DNA of 64,000 nt from NCBI GenBank assembly GCA_964019335.1, contig OZ025650.1, forward strand, positions 248,001 through 312,000, read 5' to 3'. Numbering within the stretch: position 1 is the stretch's first letter; each line of letters begins with the position of its first letter. The DNA is from Diplonema japonicum. Its lineage: Eukaryota > Protista > Euglenozoa: Diplonemea. This document shows, piece after piece, positions 12,573-24,156 of the stretch. The notes beneath the pieces were generated by a model that saw nothing but the letters and a program-made list of their open reading frames with translations, had not been told where the DNA came from and did no database searches. The position numbers were made by a program, and so were the translations under genes.

Positions 12573-14793
12573 TCATGCTTCTGGCGGCCAATTGTTGACC
12601 AAGTTATGCCTTTTATGAAGGAGGTTCCCTTTCCGGGGTGTGAGGGGGATGCGAGATCGATGCGTGCTGCTGTATACGTAAGAGTGCCGCGGATTTGACC
12701 TTACACTGGGCGGACCCCTCCGTGCATCCACGTAGTGTGAGGCATGGATGATACGCGGTGGCTTTGTCCTTGGCATCGGGGACTGGCTCGCAATGCCACT
12801 GAACTTCATGATTGGATACCGAGTGCTCGGCTCCTGCATGGGTAACCTCATAGCACTGCATACCTCAAAGGAGCACTGCACCAAGGGCTCACCGTTGAAC
12901 TGCGTGCCTACATCTTTGGATCGCAAGTACTCGGGTTCAACGAAGTCAACCTGTGGTGGTGTTTTGAAGGAGTACATTTTACCTCTGTTGCAACGGACCG
13001 CTTCCCTACTCGTGGCGAGCTCACCGGGTTTACCAGTTTCACGTCACGCTTCTTCTCCACCCTGCCATACGTCCCGCCCGGTACCCACGCGAAGACAAGC
13101 GACGACACTGTCGTGTCCAGTGGTGATATGAAGCGCTTTGTCTTGTCGTATTCAAGAGGGTTCCCGAGATGCTTCTCTTGTGGGAAGTTGCGCGGCGAGT
13201 ACGAATATACCGACGGCCGTTGCTTCCCCGGTTGCCCCGAAGGCGAGTGGGGAGTGAAGGTGGGTGTCGGCATCCCATCATCGCTGCCAGCATCCAGGTG
13301 CAGCGACGGCGGGCGCCACTTGCTATCAGAGGACACGCTACTCCTGCGAAGACTCCGCGGACTTGCTTGCGGGCTCCTCCTGCTCGCAGAGTGCCTACTC
13401 GTGTTGCTTGCACTCCGCGTTTCCCACCCAGGATAAGGCCGCACTTCTTTTGGGCTTTCATATCGCCGCTCTGTAAATATCAAAGGCTGAAATGGCGACT
13501 CACGCAAGGAACCAACGCTTCCAGGGGTGCGTGGGCTGCTTCGCGGGGTTCGGCTCTGCAGGCCCTCGACGGTACCGTATGAGAAATCAGTGGAACGTCC
13601 CCAGGTTCGGGGTCTTGGTGAGCTACGTGTGCTGCATGAATCTTGCACGTACTCCATTCTCCCGGTGGAAGCCACCTCGGCATGCCACGCTGATGCTGTC
13701 GGTGTGTTCAAAGCTGCTCGCTTACGAAGTTCTGTTGACGACGGCATCGGGCGTTCGTTTAGTCTGGGGCTCATTGCAGGTGAGACACTCCGCTCGATAC
13801 TGTCCGGTCCAGGTCCAGGGCTACTCCGCCGATGCCTGGAAGCATGGCTGGATCGGAAGCTTCCAAGTTTAGGGCTGTCTTGCAGAGGGCTGCTCGACCT
13901 TCTGTCTTGTTGTAGATGAGACACTTGGAGGTCTAGAAGGGGCCCAGAGTCTTGAGGGTGCTCTGTTCGGGAACCAGCCGAGCTGCGGGGTGTTGAGGAC
14001 TGGCTGCTGACACGAAGCTGTAGTTCAAGGGGGCTCTGCATGAAGCTGCTGGGTGAATCGGACGCCCTGGGTGTGGGTGTGGGGCTCTGTTCGTCGTCAT
14101 CGCGGCCGCCTGCAAGGAAGTCGCGGAAGATCAAAGGGTGCTGGTAGACCTCCATGCGGCAACAGGGCGGGGACTCGACGCTCACACGTTTCACGGGAAG
14201 GGACGCCACAGAGGGAGTGGCAGGGTGGAGCCGTTCGGAAAAGGGTGACGTAATGGGCTCTTTAGAGGTGGCCTTTGTGCTGCAGGTCATCCGAATTACG
14301 GGACGATCGGTGTCGCTCATGTTTTTACATTTGCCGGGATCGTTGCCCCTTGCTACTTTTATTTTGAGCTTTTTCTGCTGGGAGCCCATCAGGTTATGCA
14401 AGCTAAGCCGCACAGCGAAAATCTCTACTGGCTCTGCCGCACCCAAGTCTCTGTATTCCATAAGAACTAATGTGAGGTATGTTGGCTTGGTGTGCTCCGT
14501 GGGTTTGAGCACCATCTTCTTCGACACGGCAAACCTCCACTGCAAGGTAATGTCCCCCATGTAACTCACCTTGGCCTTCCTACTGACTTGAAATACACCC
14601 TTCTGACCAGCCTTCATACCATAGAAGTATTCACCACGCCCACTTACTGACATGCCTGAGGAAAAGTAATTAATCCAGCTAAAGGCCTTCTTTTTTTCTT
14701 CTTCTTTTGCATACCTTCTATGCCATCGAGCGTAAAATCAAACTTGATCCTTTCTCGCTCTTCTTCACAAACCTCAGTTACTTGCTGTTCCAT
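12573..14793 (-). CDS. Hypothetical protein, possible N-terminal C2-like domain then long Ser/Pro/Arg-rich region; introns 12951-12982, 14656-14714
   Basis: Exon 1 MEQQVTEVCEEERERIKFDFTLDGIEG|MSV. A 32-nt intron joins ...SVATE|VDFVEPEY. The C2 call rests only on a beta-strand pattern and is weak. Confidence 0.65.
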
Positions 14794-15026
14794 TGATTTG
14801 AAAACTCGTTCTCCCACGAGAAGCTTTTGTGGTCTTTATAACCTATGAAAGGTGGGAAGACTTTGTTTTCTTTACTTTATATTCACTACTTAGAGCAGTC
14901 GATCGTTCATTGTTTTGTTTACAGTTTTTTTTTTTTTTTTTCTCTCTTTTTCTTTTTAAAAGTTCTGCGCATATCGTGTGAGCCGCCAAATACCAAACAA
15001 AAAAAAAAAAAAAAAGAAAGGCTGAA

Positions 15027-16808
15027 TCAATGTCTGCCTCTGGATATAGTACTGTAGCGCTCGATACGCTTTGTAGGGGTGCGGATGAATCTCGATTTCG
15101 AAAGTGGGGTTTCATGGAGTCCAGCAATCCTGGCCTCTTTCGTGTCAAGGGGGAGCTTGAGAAGCGCTGTCATGTGTGGAGAGAGAGGAGAAAAGATGGG
15201 TGTGGTAGCCAGTATCTTAAGGGGTCGTGCACGGAAGACAATTTTGTTTCTCGCAACGAGCTTGTCACGTTGTTCCCTGCTACCATAGGTGACATAAACA
15301 CGCGCAAGTGTGTCCGGACGGGTGTACAGCACAAGCAAGTTCTTAACTTCTCCCACTTGGCGGAGGAAAGCAAGCAGCATTGCTTCCGTAACACCACACA
15401 GTACCCCAAATACAACCGCGGTTCTATCCAATTTTTCCTCTATCGCCTCAGAGGGCGTCTCCTCAGGGGGCTCTGTGATCTTCTCCGCCTGCTCAACCAA
15501 CTGTTTAACAGTGTCCCCTTGGGTGTGTGGTTTCAAGTCGTTCCGAGCTTCTTTGTAATAAGCGTTTCTTTCGTTTATAAGAAGCTCCACTTCGCTGACC
15601 CTCTCCGACCCGCACAGGGTATATGCACTCTTTATGACTTTTAACGATCCAGAGGTTAAGCGAGGTCCCTTTTCAACCCAGGTCTTGATATGCGTGTTGA
15701 GGTGCAGTTCTTTTTGGTGTTTTCCGTATATTTCAGCCATTTTTCCCCAGATCCTTGTGTTGTCGATGTTCGGTGTGGCGAGGAATTCGTTGAAGATCTT
15801 CACAGAGGACTGCAGGTGGTCGTCAGAGAAGGGCGCGTGGTACAAGGCAGAGAGGACGGTTGCGTAAGTGAAGTGCGACGGTTTGACACCGTTGGAAAGC
15901 ATACGTGCCTTCGCCTCGAGTACCTTTTCGACCTCCTTTCGCTTTGCGTAGCACTTGATCAATATGGTGTATGATGCATCTGTTGGTGCAACAGACGAAC
16001 TTCCCAGCATTTCGTTCAGAATGGTCTCGCAAGCACTCATGTCACCTTTTTCCGCACACATATTAAGAACTGCATTGCAGGACAACACATCGATGGGTGC
16101 CCCTCTGTATGTGAGGAGGTTCAGAACATCCAAGGCACTTTGGTATGAGTCGCATCCGTTGAGGAGCATGTTGAAGTGCGCTGTCGTTGGTTTGGAAATC
16201 TTTTTGAAAGTTTCGATGGATTTCTGGGTGTTTCTAAGCGATGTGTATAGAGCCAAGGCTTCTTTGAGGATCAGCTTGCTCGGAGAGGGGTGTGTTGACA
16301 GGTATTGTGTGTAAAGTCGTTCGGCTGAGGATGGATCCTTCGCGTACCGGTGACAGCGAATCCTTGCTGCTATGATCTGCGGGGTCTCCTGAACATTGTC
16401 TTCCTTCATGAACTCCAGGATCTTTTCCAAATACCTCACGTTACCCGATGCTGCCAGTTCGAACACAATTGTTTCGTAGCTCCTCCATGATATTGTGCTG
16501 TTTTTGTCTTTCCGCCGTGCTTGCAGTTTGTTGATCATCGCTTGGACCCTCCCTCTGACTGCGTCGGTTGTTTCCCTCACCCGCCCAGTTTCCCCATCCC
16601 GCAGCTCCTTTGCCGTTGTACTGTCGTTCCATCCTTTGAGAGACCTTTGTCGCTTTTCGACTTCCTTGTTCATTTCATCCCTTCGCACGAATCTCAGTTC
16701 GTTTGCTCTCGTCGGATTCTTCTCCGCTACCTTCACCCTAAAAACGTGCCCTGGTTCCTTCACAAGTCGGGCGTCGGCTTGACTTGCTATCTTCAAGAGC
16801 CGTTTCAT
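15027..16808 (-). CDS. Pentatricopeptide-repeat protein with C-terminal RRM, probably mitochondrial
   Basis: ~35-aa repeats (HFNMLLNGC, SCNAVLNMCAEKGD, SYTILIKCYAKRKE, GVKPSHFTYATVL); RRM-like RTAVVFGV...FLRQVGEV...VYVTY; basic N-terminus. Confidence 0.85.
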   Translation of the reverse strand: MKRLLKIASQADARLVKEPGHVFRVKVAEKNPTRANELRFVRRDEMNKEVEKRQRSLKGWNDSTTAKELRDGETGRVRETTDAVRGRVQAMINKLQARRKDKNSTISWRSYETIVFELAASGNVRYLEKILEFMKEDNVQETPQIIAARIRCHRYAKDPSSAERLYTQYLSTHPSPSKLILKEALALYTSLRNTQKSIETFKKISKPTTAHFNMLLNGCDSYQSALDVLNLLTYRGAPIDVLSCNAVLNMCAEKGDMSACETILNEMLGSSSVAPTDASYTILIKCYAKRKEVEKVLEAKARMLSNGVKPSHFTYATVLSALYHAPFSDDHLQSSVKIFNEFLATPNIDNTRIWGKMAEIYGKHQKELHLNTHIKTWVEKGPRLTSGSLKVIKSAYTLCGSERVSEVELLINERNAYYKEARNDLKPHTQGDTVKQLVEQAEKITEPPEETPSEAIEEKLDRTAVVFGVLCGVTEAMLLAFLRQVGEVKNLLVLYTRPDTLARVYVTYGSREQRDKLVARNKIVFRARPLKILATTPIFSPLSPHMTALLKLPLDTKEARIAGLHETPLSKSRFIRTPTKRIERYSTISRGRH

Positions 16809-17261
16809 TTTGTCGCATTTTTTTTTTCTTTTCTTCGTTTCTTTGTACAGTCGTTGTGTTTGAACTTCAAAAAAAAGAAAAAGGAAACGTGGGTTAAGGA
16901 AGATTTTTTAAAAAGGAAAAAAGTGTCCCCCCCATGTTGTTACCAACTCAACGCCGTGTTTTTTTCCTTGGAGCCTTTCCCTGTTTGCTGGTGTTCGGTT
17001 CCCTCGATGGGTGTGTGCGCTCGTTTTCTTTTCCCGTTTCCGCCCCGTCCCCGTCTTGTTTTTTTCTTGTCCCCCGCCCCGTTCTCCCATAGCTCATGGG
17101 CTATGACTGAACTGGCATGGGCGGTCTCTGTGGGCTTCTCTCCATTCGTTCTCGCCTCGGTTGCATGGTTCTGCTTTTTTTTCCGTTTGCCTTCGTACGC
17201 AATGGCTGCCACTTCGGGGGGGATGTCACCTTTTTTTTGTTTTTGTTTTTGTTTTAAATAC

Positions 17262-17732
17262 CTAGCCGTCGTAGTCTCTCTTCTTTCTTCGCTGTTTCAG
17301 CACTCGCGATAACCCCCTCGCGGCCTTTAGTTTCTTCTGGTAACGTCCCTAAGTAGGTTAACATGGGTGGGGGTGTGGGGGTGTTATACCAAATTTCAAT
17401 AATCGCTGGTGTAATATATTGTTCAGCAAAAGGTTTTTGGTTGAAAGTCCTTCGCTCCCTTCGGCTGTCACGTGCCCGAAACGCTCCTCTCTCCGTCGTC
17501 GCTTTGCGGGGTCCCTCGCTGGCTCCTCCTCCTCCTCCGTTTGCTTTCTCTTCTGCACCTCCTGCTTTTTTCTTCGTAAAATATTGTCAATGCTCTCAGT
17601 GGGCATCCCACCGTCTTCGAACCTGACCTTCTTTGTAGACCCTTCTCCCTCGACGTTGCTCTTGGTCAGCCCAATCAAGTCCAACATGGTCACTGGTGCG
17701 CTCCTGCAGCCACTCACCCAGCCATCTTCCAT
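17262..17732 (-). CDS. Hypothetical basic/charged protein; intron 17349-17389
   Basis: A 41-nt GT-AG intron gives ...RLLKF G|TLPEETKGREGLSRVLKQRRKKRDYDG*; NLS-like AKRRRREERFG. Confidence 0.6.
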
Positions 17733-18258
17733 TTTTTTCCTTTAGGTGAAATATGTTTGTGAATGTTAAAGGGGGGAAATGAGGACAAATTTATGAGAAT
17801 AAGACCGCCCCAGTCACCAAATGTCAACACAAAGCCTACCTGCCGCCCCCCCTACCCCCAGACTTTCTCTGCGGTATATTGGTACTAATGTAGGGAGAAA
17901 GAAAAAGAAGAACTAGAAGAAGAAGAAAAAGAAATCACTATGATGGGGGAAAGTGTTAGCAACGACCCATCAAAAAAAAAAGAAGAAAAAAAAACTATAC
18001 TAGTACTGGAATTGTTCCATCTTCCTCTCCCTCCTCTTATCTCGTGATTTTTTCACGAGGGGGGAAAAAAAACTCAAAGCAAAAAAAAAAAAAGCGAGTG
18101 CTAAGAGGAGGAGAAAAAAAGTAGAAATAATACAGAAACGGGGGGAAAAGGGGGAGAAAAAGCTTTCATGACCTTACCACGTCAGCAATGTGACGCGGAG
18201 GTGAATACAAAAAAAGAAAAAAGAGGGAAAAAAAAAAAGAAAAAAAAAACATCCACAC

Positions 18259-18945
18259 TTACTCCTCTGGCGTTACCATAGAGTTCCGCTTTGGGGATTT
18301 CAAAGATGTTCTGTGAAACGCCAAGGGGTTCATCACTGTGGAGGTTGATCTGCTGGTTCTTTTCGCATCAGCAGGGGGGGGCGGCTGCCCTTTGGTTACT
18401 TCATGCTGCAGCTTTGCAATATCATCGAGATCTTTAATCTGTGCGTCCCAGACGTTGATGTGCGCAGTGCTGGGAGTGCAGAAACACCATGTAAGCCATC
18501 CTAAGCCGCCGACGACGACGACGATGCCTACAACAGCAGCGATTATAATTATAATTGTGGTTTGAGACAAAGGGTCAGCAGAAGGTGGCGATGGGGTTGG
18601 GGATGGTTCGGCAGTGGATGTGTTTTCTGTGCATTCTCCTGTTATTTTCAACGAATATCCGTTGCTCCCTTCCACACAGCCTCCGATGGGAAATGTGCCT
18701 TCGGTGAGGCATTCCCCTGTTGAGGTGCAGTTGCAAAACCCGTCTAGCCACACGGTGTCTCCACTGCATCGCCAGTATCGAAAGCCCCAGCCTTCGTTTC
18801 CTGTTGCCCCTCCATTCTCCATGCATTTCCCTTCAACACCCAGTCTACTGTAGTCTCTGGACCGTTCTTCACACCCCGCACCTTTGTAATTCGTAATCAA
18901 TATGTTTGTTGACAAAGTCAGTGCCGCCGCTATTATCGGCAACAT
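18259..18945 (-). CDS. Type I membrane protein with Cys-rich ectodomain
   Basis: Signal peptide (MLPIIAAALTLS), 7-Cys ectodomain, Pro/Ser/Thr stalk, hydrophobic TM (IIIIIAAVVGIVVVVGGLGWL), cytoplasmic tail. Confidence 0.75.
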   Translation of the reverse strand: MLPIIAAALTLSTNILITNYKGAGCEERSRDYSRLGVEGKCMENGGATGNEGWGFRYWRCSGDTVWLDGFCNCTSTGECLTEGTFPIGGCVEGSNGYSLKITGECTENTSTAEPSPTPSPPSADPLSQTTIIIIIAAVVGIVVVVGGLGWLTWCFCTPSTAHINVWDAQIKDLDDIAKLQHEVTKGQPPPPADAKRTSRSTSTVMNPLAFHRTSLKSPKRNSMVTPEE

Positions 18946-20009
18946 CTTTTTTGTGTATTTCTTTTTGAGGGGGCTCCCCCCCTTCTGAGTTGTTAGTTGG
19001 TATAGGAGAAAAAAAAGAGGATTTTTTTATTAAAAAAAAAGCTTCCCGGGCCACTGGTGCGGGGGGGGGAAGGGGGGGTTTCTCTCTTTTTTTTTCCCCC
19101 TCCTTTTTTGTGAAAGATCTCTTAAAGATCTTGCGTAAAAAATATTTTCCATACCCCCTCCCCCAGCTTAACCATATCACTCAGAAAGTTGCAATTTGTT
19201 AAACAATGGCGGGATGACCACAAAATATCCAGTTTTCAATCCGTGAATAAATTTACCCCCCCCAATATTCTTTTTGCATTCTGACTGGGAAGAATACTGG
19301 TACTGCCAAGCCAGTCGAAGTGGTTACAAAAATCCTTCACTACTGCCTCGGAAAGATTTCTTTTTCGACGATTGAAGAAAAAATACGGATTTATTTTGGT
19401 GATTTCCTTTAGACCCCCATGAACTTTCTGGGGTTACAGATATGGTGTCCCCCTTGTACCTCACCCGAGGGTGTTGTAAAACAATTTACTAGTATTTTGT
19501 TTTTTTTTTTTATAGAGAAGGGGAAGAAATAAAAAAAAAATAGGTGAATGAACCGAAACTGCGACATAAAAAAAAGGGGGGTTGAGAAAGAATGGGTAAT
19601 ATAGACATTTCTTATTCCCAAAGGAGCCCTTTTTATTTCCCCCCCCCTCCAAGGGCCCCTTTGGGAAAGATAAAAAGAGGAAATAGTTTCCCTTATCTCA
19701 GCTTCTTTTTGTTGGCTTGCTGTTGTTGTTTTTTGTTTTTTTTTTCCCTCCCTTTTTTTTTTTCTTCTCCCCTCGTTGTGTTTCCCCCCCCCCGTACAAC
19801 AGAAATAGGGGGTGTTTCTATATAGTTTTCGGTATTTTCTATTATTTTTAAATCAAGGGATAAATGAAGAAAAAAAAAAAAAAACAGCAACAAACCAAAG
19901 GAAGCGCGAGAATGGGGGAAAATAAAACATAAAACATTTTTGGATTTGTGGGTTGTTTGCTTCGCTAAAGTAAAAGGGAAGCCAGATTTGCAGACAAAAG
20001 AGAGGATGG

Positions 20010-20050
<41 letters not shown>

Positions 20051-20454
20051 AGGGAGCAAAAAATGGATATGCAAGAAGGGTTAAACAACATGATTAGAAA
20101 AACAAGGTTTTTTTTTTCTTTTCTCTCTATTTCCCTTGTCATCTCCCTTTTTTTTCTCGTTTTTTTTCCTCTCCCTTTTTTTTTCCCCTTCTCTCTTCCT
20201 CTCCCTATCATCCCCCATTATTTTTCGCATCTTTTTTTTTTTTTTGTTAAGAGCGTACAGGGCCAAGAAACTCCTTTTTTTTTTCATGGCACAATTCCCC
20301 ACCCCTCCCTTCTCCATACAGTAAATAAAGAATAATGAGGAAACAGACGGCAACAAGGGGGGGGGGGGGGGGGGGGGGAGGGTAAAAAAAAACCACACAC
20401 AAAGATGATTTTTTTCTTCTTCTTTTTTCTTTTTTCTTTTTCTTCTTTGCACTT

Positions 20455-23205
20455 TTACTGACCTGTCCAGTATGTCAATGCAGTAACGCACTGTTGACGC
20501 TGCTGCGGGGTGACGGATGAGGGGAAGAAATGAGCAATTACATTAGAAAGGTCTTCCTCATTGAGCTGGTCCAGCACATTGAGGCTCCCAAACTCATTCA
20601 CCATCCATACCGTGAAACGCGTCCAAGTACCTTCACCCTGCACACTGTCAAAGCACTTCTCCGCCAGCAGGTCTATTGGGTGCTTCTCTGGTGTTGTGTA
20701 ACACGACTGCATCCCGTCACCCTCCAGCGCCTGCGGAAGAGGCTTTGTAAGTGAAGACAGGTCTACAGAATGCTGCGGCATCGACGCCAACGGGTTGTTG
20801 TTGTTGTTGTTGTTAGTATGAACTGTGTTCCCCATTGTGCTGAGCAACGGCCCCACTCCAGAGTTCTTCAAAGAAACCCCTCCCTCCGAACCTTTCGGGG
20901 TGTCGTTGAAACCAACCTCAATCCCATCTGTATTCATCGCATCCTCTAATATAATCTCCTGCGGCTGATCCATGTCACCCATCTCACGGAAGGTAACCTC
21001 TTCCAGTTCCTGCTCTTGAGGTGGTTTCTTCTCTTCGTCAACCAGTTCTGTAAACGCTTTCTTCACCGCAACTTCAATTCTATCATCCTCCACACTGTCC
21101 TCTTTCTCTGTCATGAACACGTAGCGGTGTTTTGCCCCTGCCTCGTCGGATGCGAAGCCTGCGAAGTGGTTGACCCGCATCCTGTCGGTAAGGCATGGCA
21201 TGAGAAGCTTCAACCGTCGCTCGATGAGAAGCGTAGCACGTCCTTTGGAAAGACGCCACTCACGCTCGGAGACATCACGGACAGACGAGAAGGTGCAGGA
21301 GAAGATGGAAATAAGGAGGTTGAGAAGGATGACCAAGGCACAGATTGCAAACCATAAATTCAGGAAATAAGCCAGCCACGATGTGTTGGACTCTGCTGTT
21401 TTCGACCAACCTGGGAAGGTAGCTGTGTCGCCGAGGGCAGTCTTGACAAGCTTGTCCAACGAGTTTGAATAGGTGTTCGGCGCCTTTTCCAACACATGCA
21501 ACGCAGTGCCGAAGCCGACCAAGAATATCGAGAAGACCACCAAAAACGACGTGACGTCCGTGCGGACTGTTCGGAAGATGATGGTGGTGAGCATGCCCAG
21601 CTCGCGGGAGAAGGCCGTGAACTTCAGAGTCGAAATCCATATAAAAAGCAGCCCTATAGAGAGGAACCCTGTTATGGTACTGTCAGGGTTTTCATCGTTC
21701 TCAACCATCAACACCAAATGGATGATGGTCAGGACCTGCCCCACCCATGCAAAGAAGTCGTATTCCGACAATGGAACGTGCGTGTCGAGCCATGAAGTGA
21801 CGTTCGCTGTTGCCATCGCCATGAAGTTGTCTCTGTTTATCATTTTCTCCCACACCTCTGCCCCGTCCGGCTGTTTGGCCAGCCAAGGCGGCATCGTGCG
21901 AAGCTTCTTCGGCTTCGTTTTTTCAATGATCTTCATCTGCGATCGATATTCTGAGAACCCAGCGTAGCAGTCCACCAAAACCAGAATACACTGCAGCAAG
22001 CTGTCGGCGAATATAATCCATTCCAACAGCATTATCTGTGTGGTGTCGATGCTCGCACCTGTCTTCTTCGCCTCGTTGAGATCGTCTATCAGGTATCGGT
22101 ACTCAATAGCAAGGTACGAGATGACGAACAGCCTCCCAACGTGGAGGATAAATGCGGCGAGGAAAGCCTGCCGTCCGAACTGTTCCCACTTGGCGTCCAT
22201 GATACCCACGAGGTGGGGGTGTGTTGCGAGGGGGTAGATTCTTTTGCAGAGGACCATCGACAAGATAGAGATGTGTTGCGGGTTTGAAGGGTGCAAAGGG
22301 ATGCTGTCGAGCTGGTCCAATGGGACCGACGTACAGGAGACTCTCCCGAAGACCCATTCCACACGTGACATTCTGCTTAAAACGAAATCGAACATAGCAC
22401 CGTTATCAACGTGAGCAAGAACGGCAGCGAGGCCAAGGGGTGTGAGACCGGAAGCACCGAGTTCATTGAGAACCGTCATTCGATCAATGCTTAAGGTTGT
22501 TTCCAGTTTGACAAGAAGCCAGTCGAAGAGTGCAGTTCTTCTGTGAACGGCTGCTATGTGAAGTGCGGTGTTTCCGAATGAATCGCAATTTCGCAACAGT
22601 TTTGCGCCCCTTCCTCCTGCTACGAGAATCTCAGCGACCTCCAGCCCACCACATGCAACAGCGAAGGATAAAGGGTATTCCCCGAAGTAGCACGTTCCAG
22701 ATGGTTCGAAGAAGGTTCCGTACGCCCTGCTAGCAGGGTCAGCGTTTGCTTGAATGAGACGCTTGATAAGCTTTGTATCTCCAAATGCAACCGCAAGGTG
22801 GAGTGCGCTTTCACCATCGAAGAGCCCATAGGATCGGTGTAGTTCTTTGTAGTATACATTTATAACGTTCTTCTCGTGGTGGTTCAGGAGATATTCCACA
22901 ACAGCAGCTGCGCTTTTGTTCTGAAACACCCCACGATGGATGACCGCCCAGTGAAGCATGGCCGCGCCTGCGTTGTCCCTGCTGGGGTGCGTTGGGTCGA
23001 TCAATGAGGGTTTGCATTTTATTAGCTTTTTCAGTTTTTCTACAGCGGCGTCTTCGGAAGGCTCTCTGAAGATATCCATCACGCCCTCCTTCTCCCAGTG
23101 GATTACTTGTCTTCCCATTTGTGCAGCTACGAATTTGTTGCTATTTGCACTAGCTGAAAAGTTCCAGCACATGACGCTGGTGAATGTATCTGTTAGAAAG
23201 TCCAT
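20455..23205 (-). CDS. TRPV-like cation channel (ankyrin repeats + 6 TM)
   Basis: GESALHLAV, ADPASRAYGTFF, YFGEYPLSFAVA, DSFGNTALH, GLTPLGLAA, DAKWEQFG, six hydrophobic segments, LLNLLISIFSCTF and TRP-box-like EREWRL. Confidence 0.9.
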   Translation of the reverse strand: MDFLTDTFTSVMCWNFSASANSNKFVAAQMGRQVIHWEKEGVMDIFREPSEDAAVEKLKKLIKCKPSLIDPTHPSRDNAGAAMLHWAVIHRGVFQNKSAAAVVEYLLNHHEKNVINVYYKELHRSYGLFDGESALHLAVAFGDTKLIKRLIQANADPASRAYGTFFEPSGTCYFGEYPLSFAVACGGLEVAEILVAGGRGAKLLRNCDSFGNTALHIAAVHRRTALFDWLLVKLETTLSIDRMTVLNELGASGLTPLGLAAVLAHVDNGAMFDFVLSRMSRVEWVFGRVSCTSVPLDQLDSIPLHPSNPQHISILSMVLCKRIYPLATHPHLVGIMDAKWEQFGRQAFLAAFILHVGRLFVISYLAIEYRYLIDDLNEAKKTGASIDTTQIMLLEWIIFADSLLQCILVLVDCYAGFSEYRSQMKIIEKTKPKKLRTMPPWLAKQPDGAEVWEKMINRDNFMAMATANVTSWLDTHVPLSEYDFFAWVGQVLTIIHLVLMVENDENPDSTITGFLSIGLLFIWISTLKFTAFSRELGMLTTIIFRTVRTDVTSFLVVFSIFLVGFGTALHVLEKAPNTYSNSLDKLVKTALGDTATFPGWSKTAESNTSWLAYFLNLWFAICALVILLNLLISIFSCTFSSVRDVSEREWRLSKGRATLLIERRLKLLMPCLTDRMRVNHFAGFASDEAGAKHRYVFMTEKEDSVEDDRIEVAVKKAFTELVDEEKKPPQEQELEEVTFREMGDMDQPQEIILEDAMNTDGIEVGFNDTPKGSEGGVSLKNSGVGPLLSTMGNTVHTNNNNNNNPLASMPQHSVDLSSLTKPLPQALEGDGMQSCYTTPEKHPIDLLAEKCFDSVQGEGTWTRFTVWMVNEFGSLNVLDQLNEEDLSNVIAHFFPSSVTPQQRQQCVTALTYWTGQ

Positions 23206-24156
23206 TTTTTTTTTTTTTCCTCTCTCCCCCTTCCCCCTCTTCCGTCTCCCCGCCCCCGACTGTTGTTTGTTTTTGTGTGCTCATCTTTTTTTTAAAGAAA
23301 CTTGCAAAACAAGGGGGAAAATTTTTAATAAAAGTTTAAAAAAAAAAAAAGGGAAATAAATAGGGACATTAGCACTGCCCTGGCAACCTATCAATGGAAC
23401 AGACAGGGAGGGCGGGGGAATTGGAGGGAGGATCATGCATTCTTTTTTTTTTCTCTCTTCCTCTTCTCTCATTCAAACACGCTCTCCCTGCGCTCGGGTT
23501 TCCCCCTCCCCCTCGGTTCTTTTTCTTTCTCCTTTTCTTATTTCTTTCTTTTTACCCATAAAAAACACAGCTTCACCAATGGGGGAGGGGGGGGAAAAGA
23601 ATTTCGTTTATTTCCGGGTTTTTTTTTTGAAGGCGGTTAAGGTTCCCCCCAATAAAAAAAAAACGGAATGCTAGTAACGATCCACCAAAAAAAGCTTGCT
23701 GAGAAGGGAGGATATTAAAAGGAAAAAATATTTTTAAGTAAACTGGCGGCAAAAAGAAGAAGAAGAAGAGAATAAAAAGTAAGAGGAGACCGCTGGAGGA
23801 ATGTTTTAAAAAAAAAAGAAAACGAACGAGAAAGAAGTGCGACCGAGAGAAGAGAAGAAAAGAAAAGAGATGAAAAAAAACTAAGGAGAAAGGGAGAAAA
23901 AAAAAACATAGTCATATGAAACATCACAAGCTTACACACAAATTAAAAAAAATCTCACACACACAAAAAAAAATTTAAAGTGTTAACAATCCAACCCCCC
24001 CCCCCAGAACTTGCCAAAAAAAACGAGAAATAATCCTACCCCCCCCACCTAACCGGAGTTAAAAGAAAAAGAAAGAAAATAAAAAAAAACTTTATTTTTT
24101 TTTTGTGTGTTCGATTTTCCCAATTATTTATTTTTATTTTAATATTTGCTGGTGGT

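Noticed and set aside
17931-17947. 17-mer gaaatcactatgatggg repeated at 51005-51021
   Set aside because: One 17-nt match in 64 kb has roughly a 1-in-10 chance expectation even with uniform composition, and flanks do not align.
19277-19320. GACTGG/CCAGTC stem followed by AGA on the minus strand
   Set aside because: Only ~40 nt with no proper pocket or upper stem; too short for an H/ACA-like guide.
19400-20450. Lys/Phe/Pro/Gly-run ORFs in intergenic DNA (also 23281-23939, 43520-44199, 49397-50795)
   Set aside because: Translation artefacts of A/T/G/C homopolymers.
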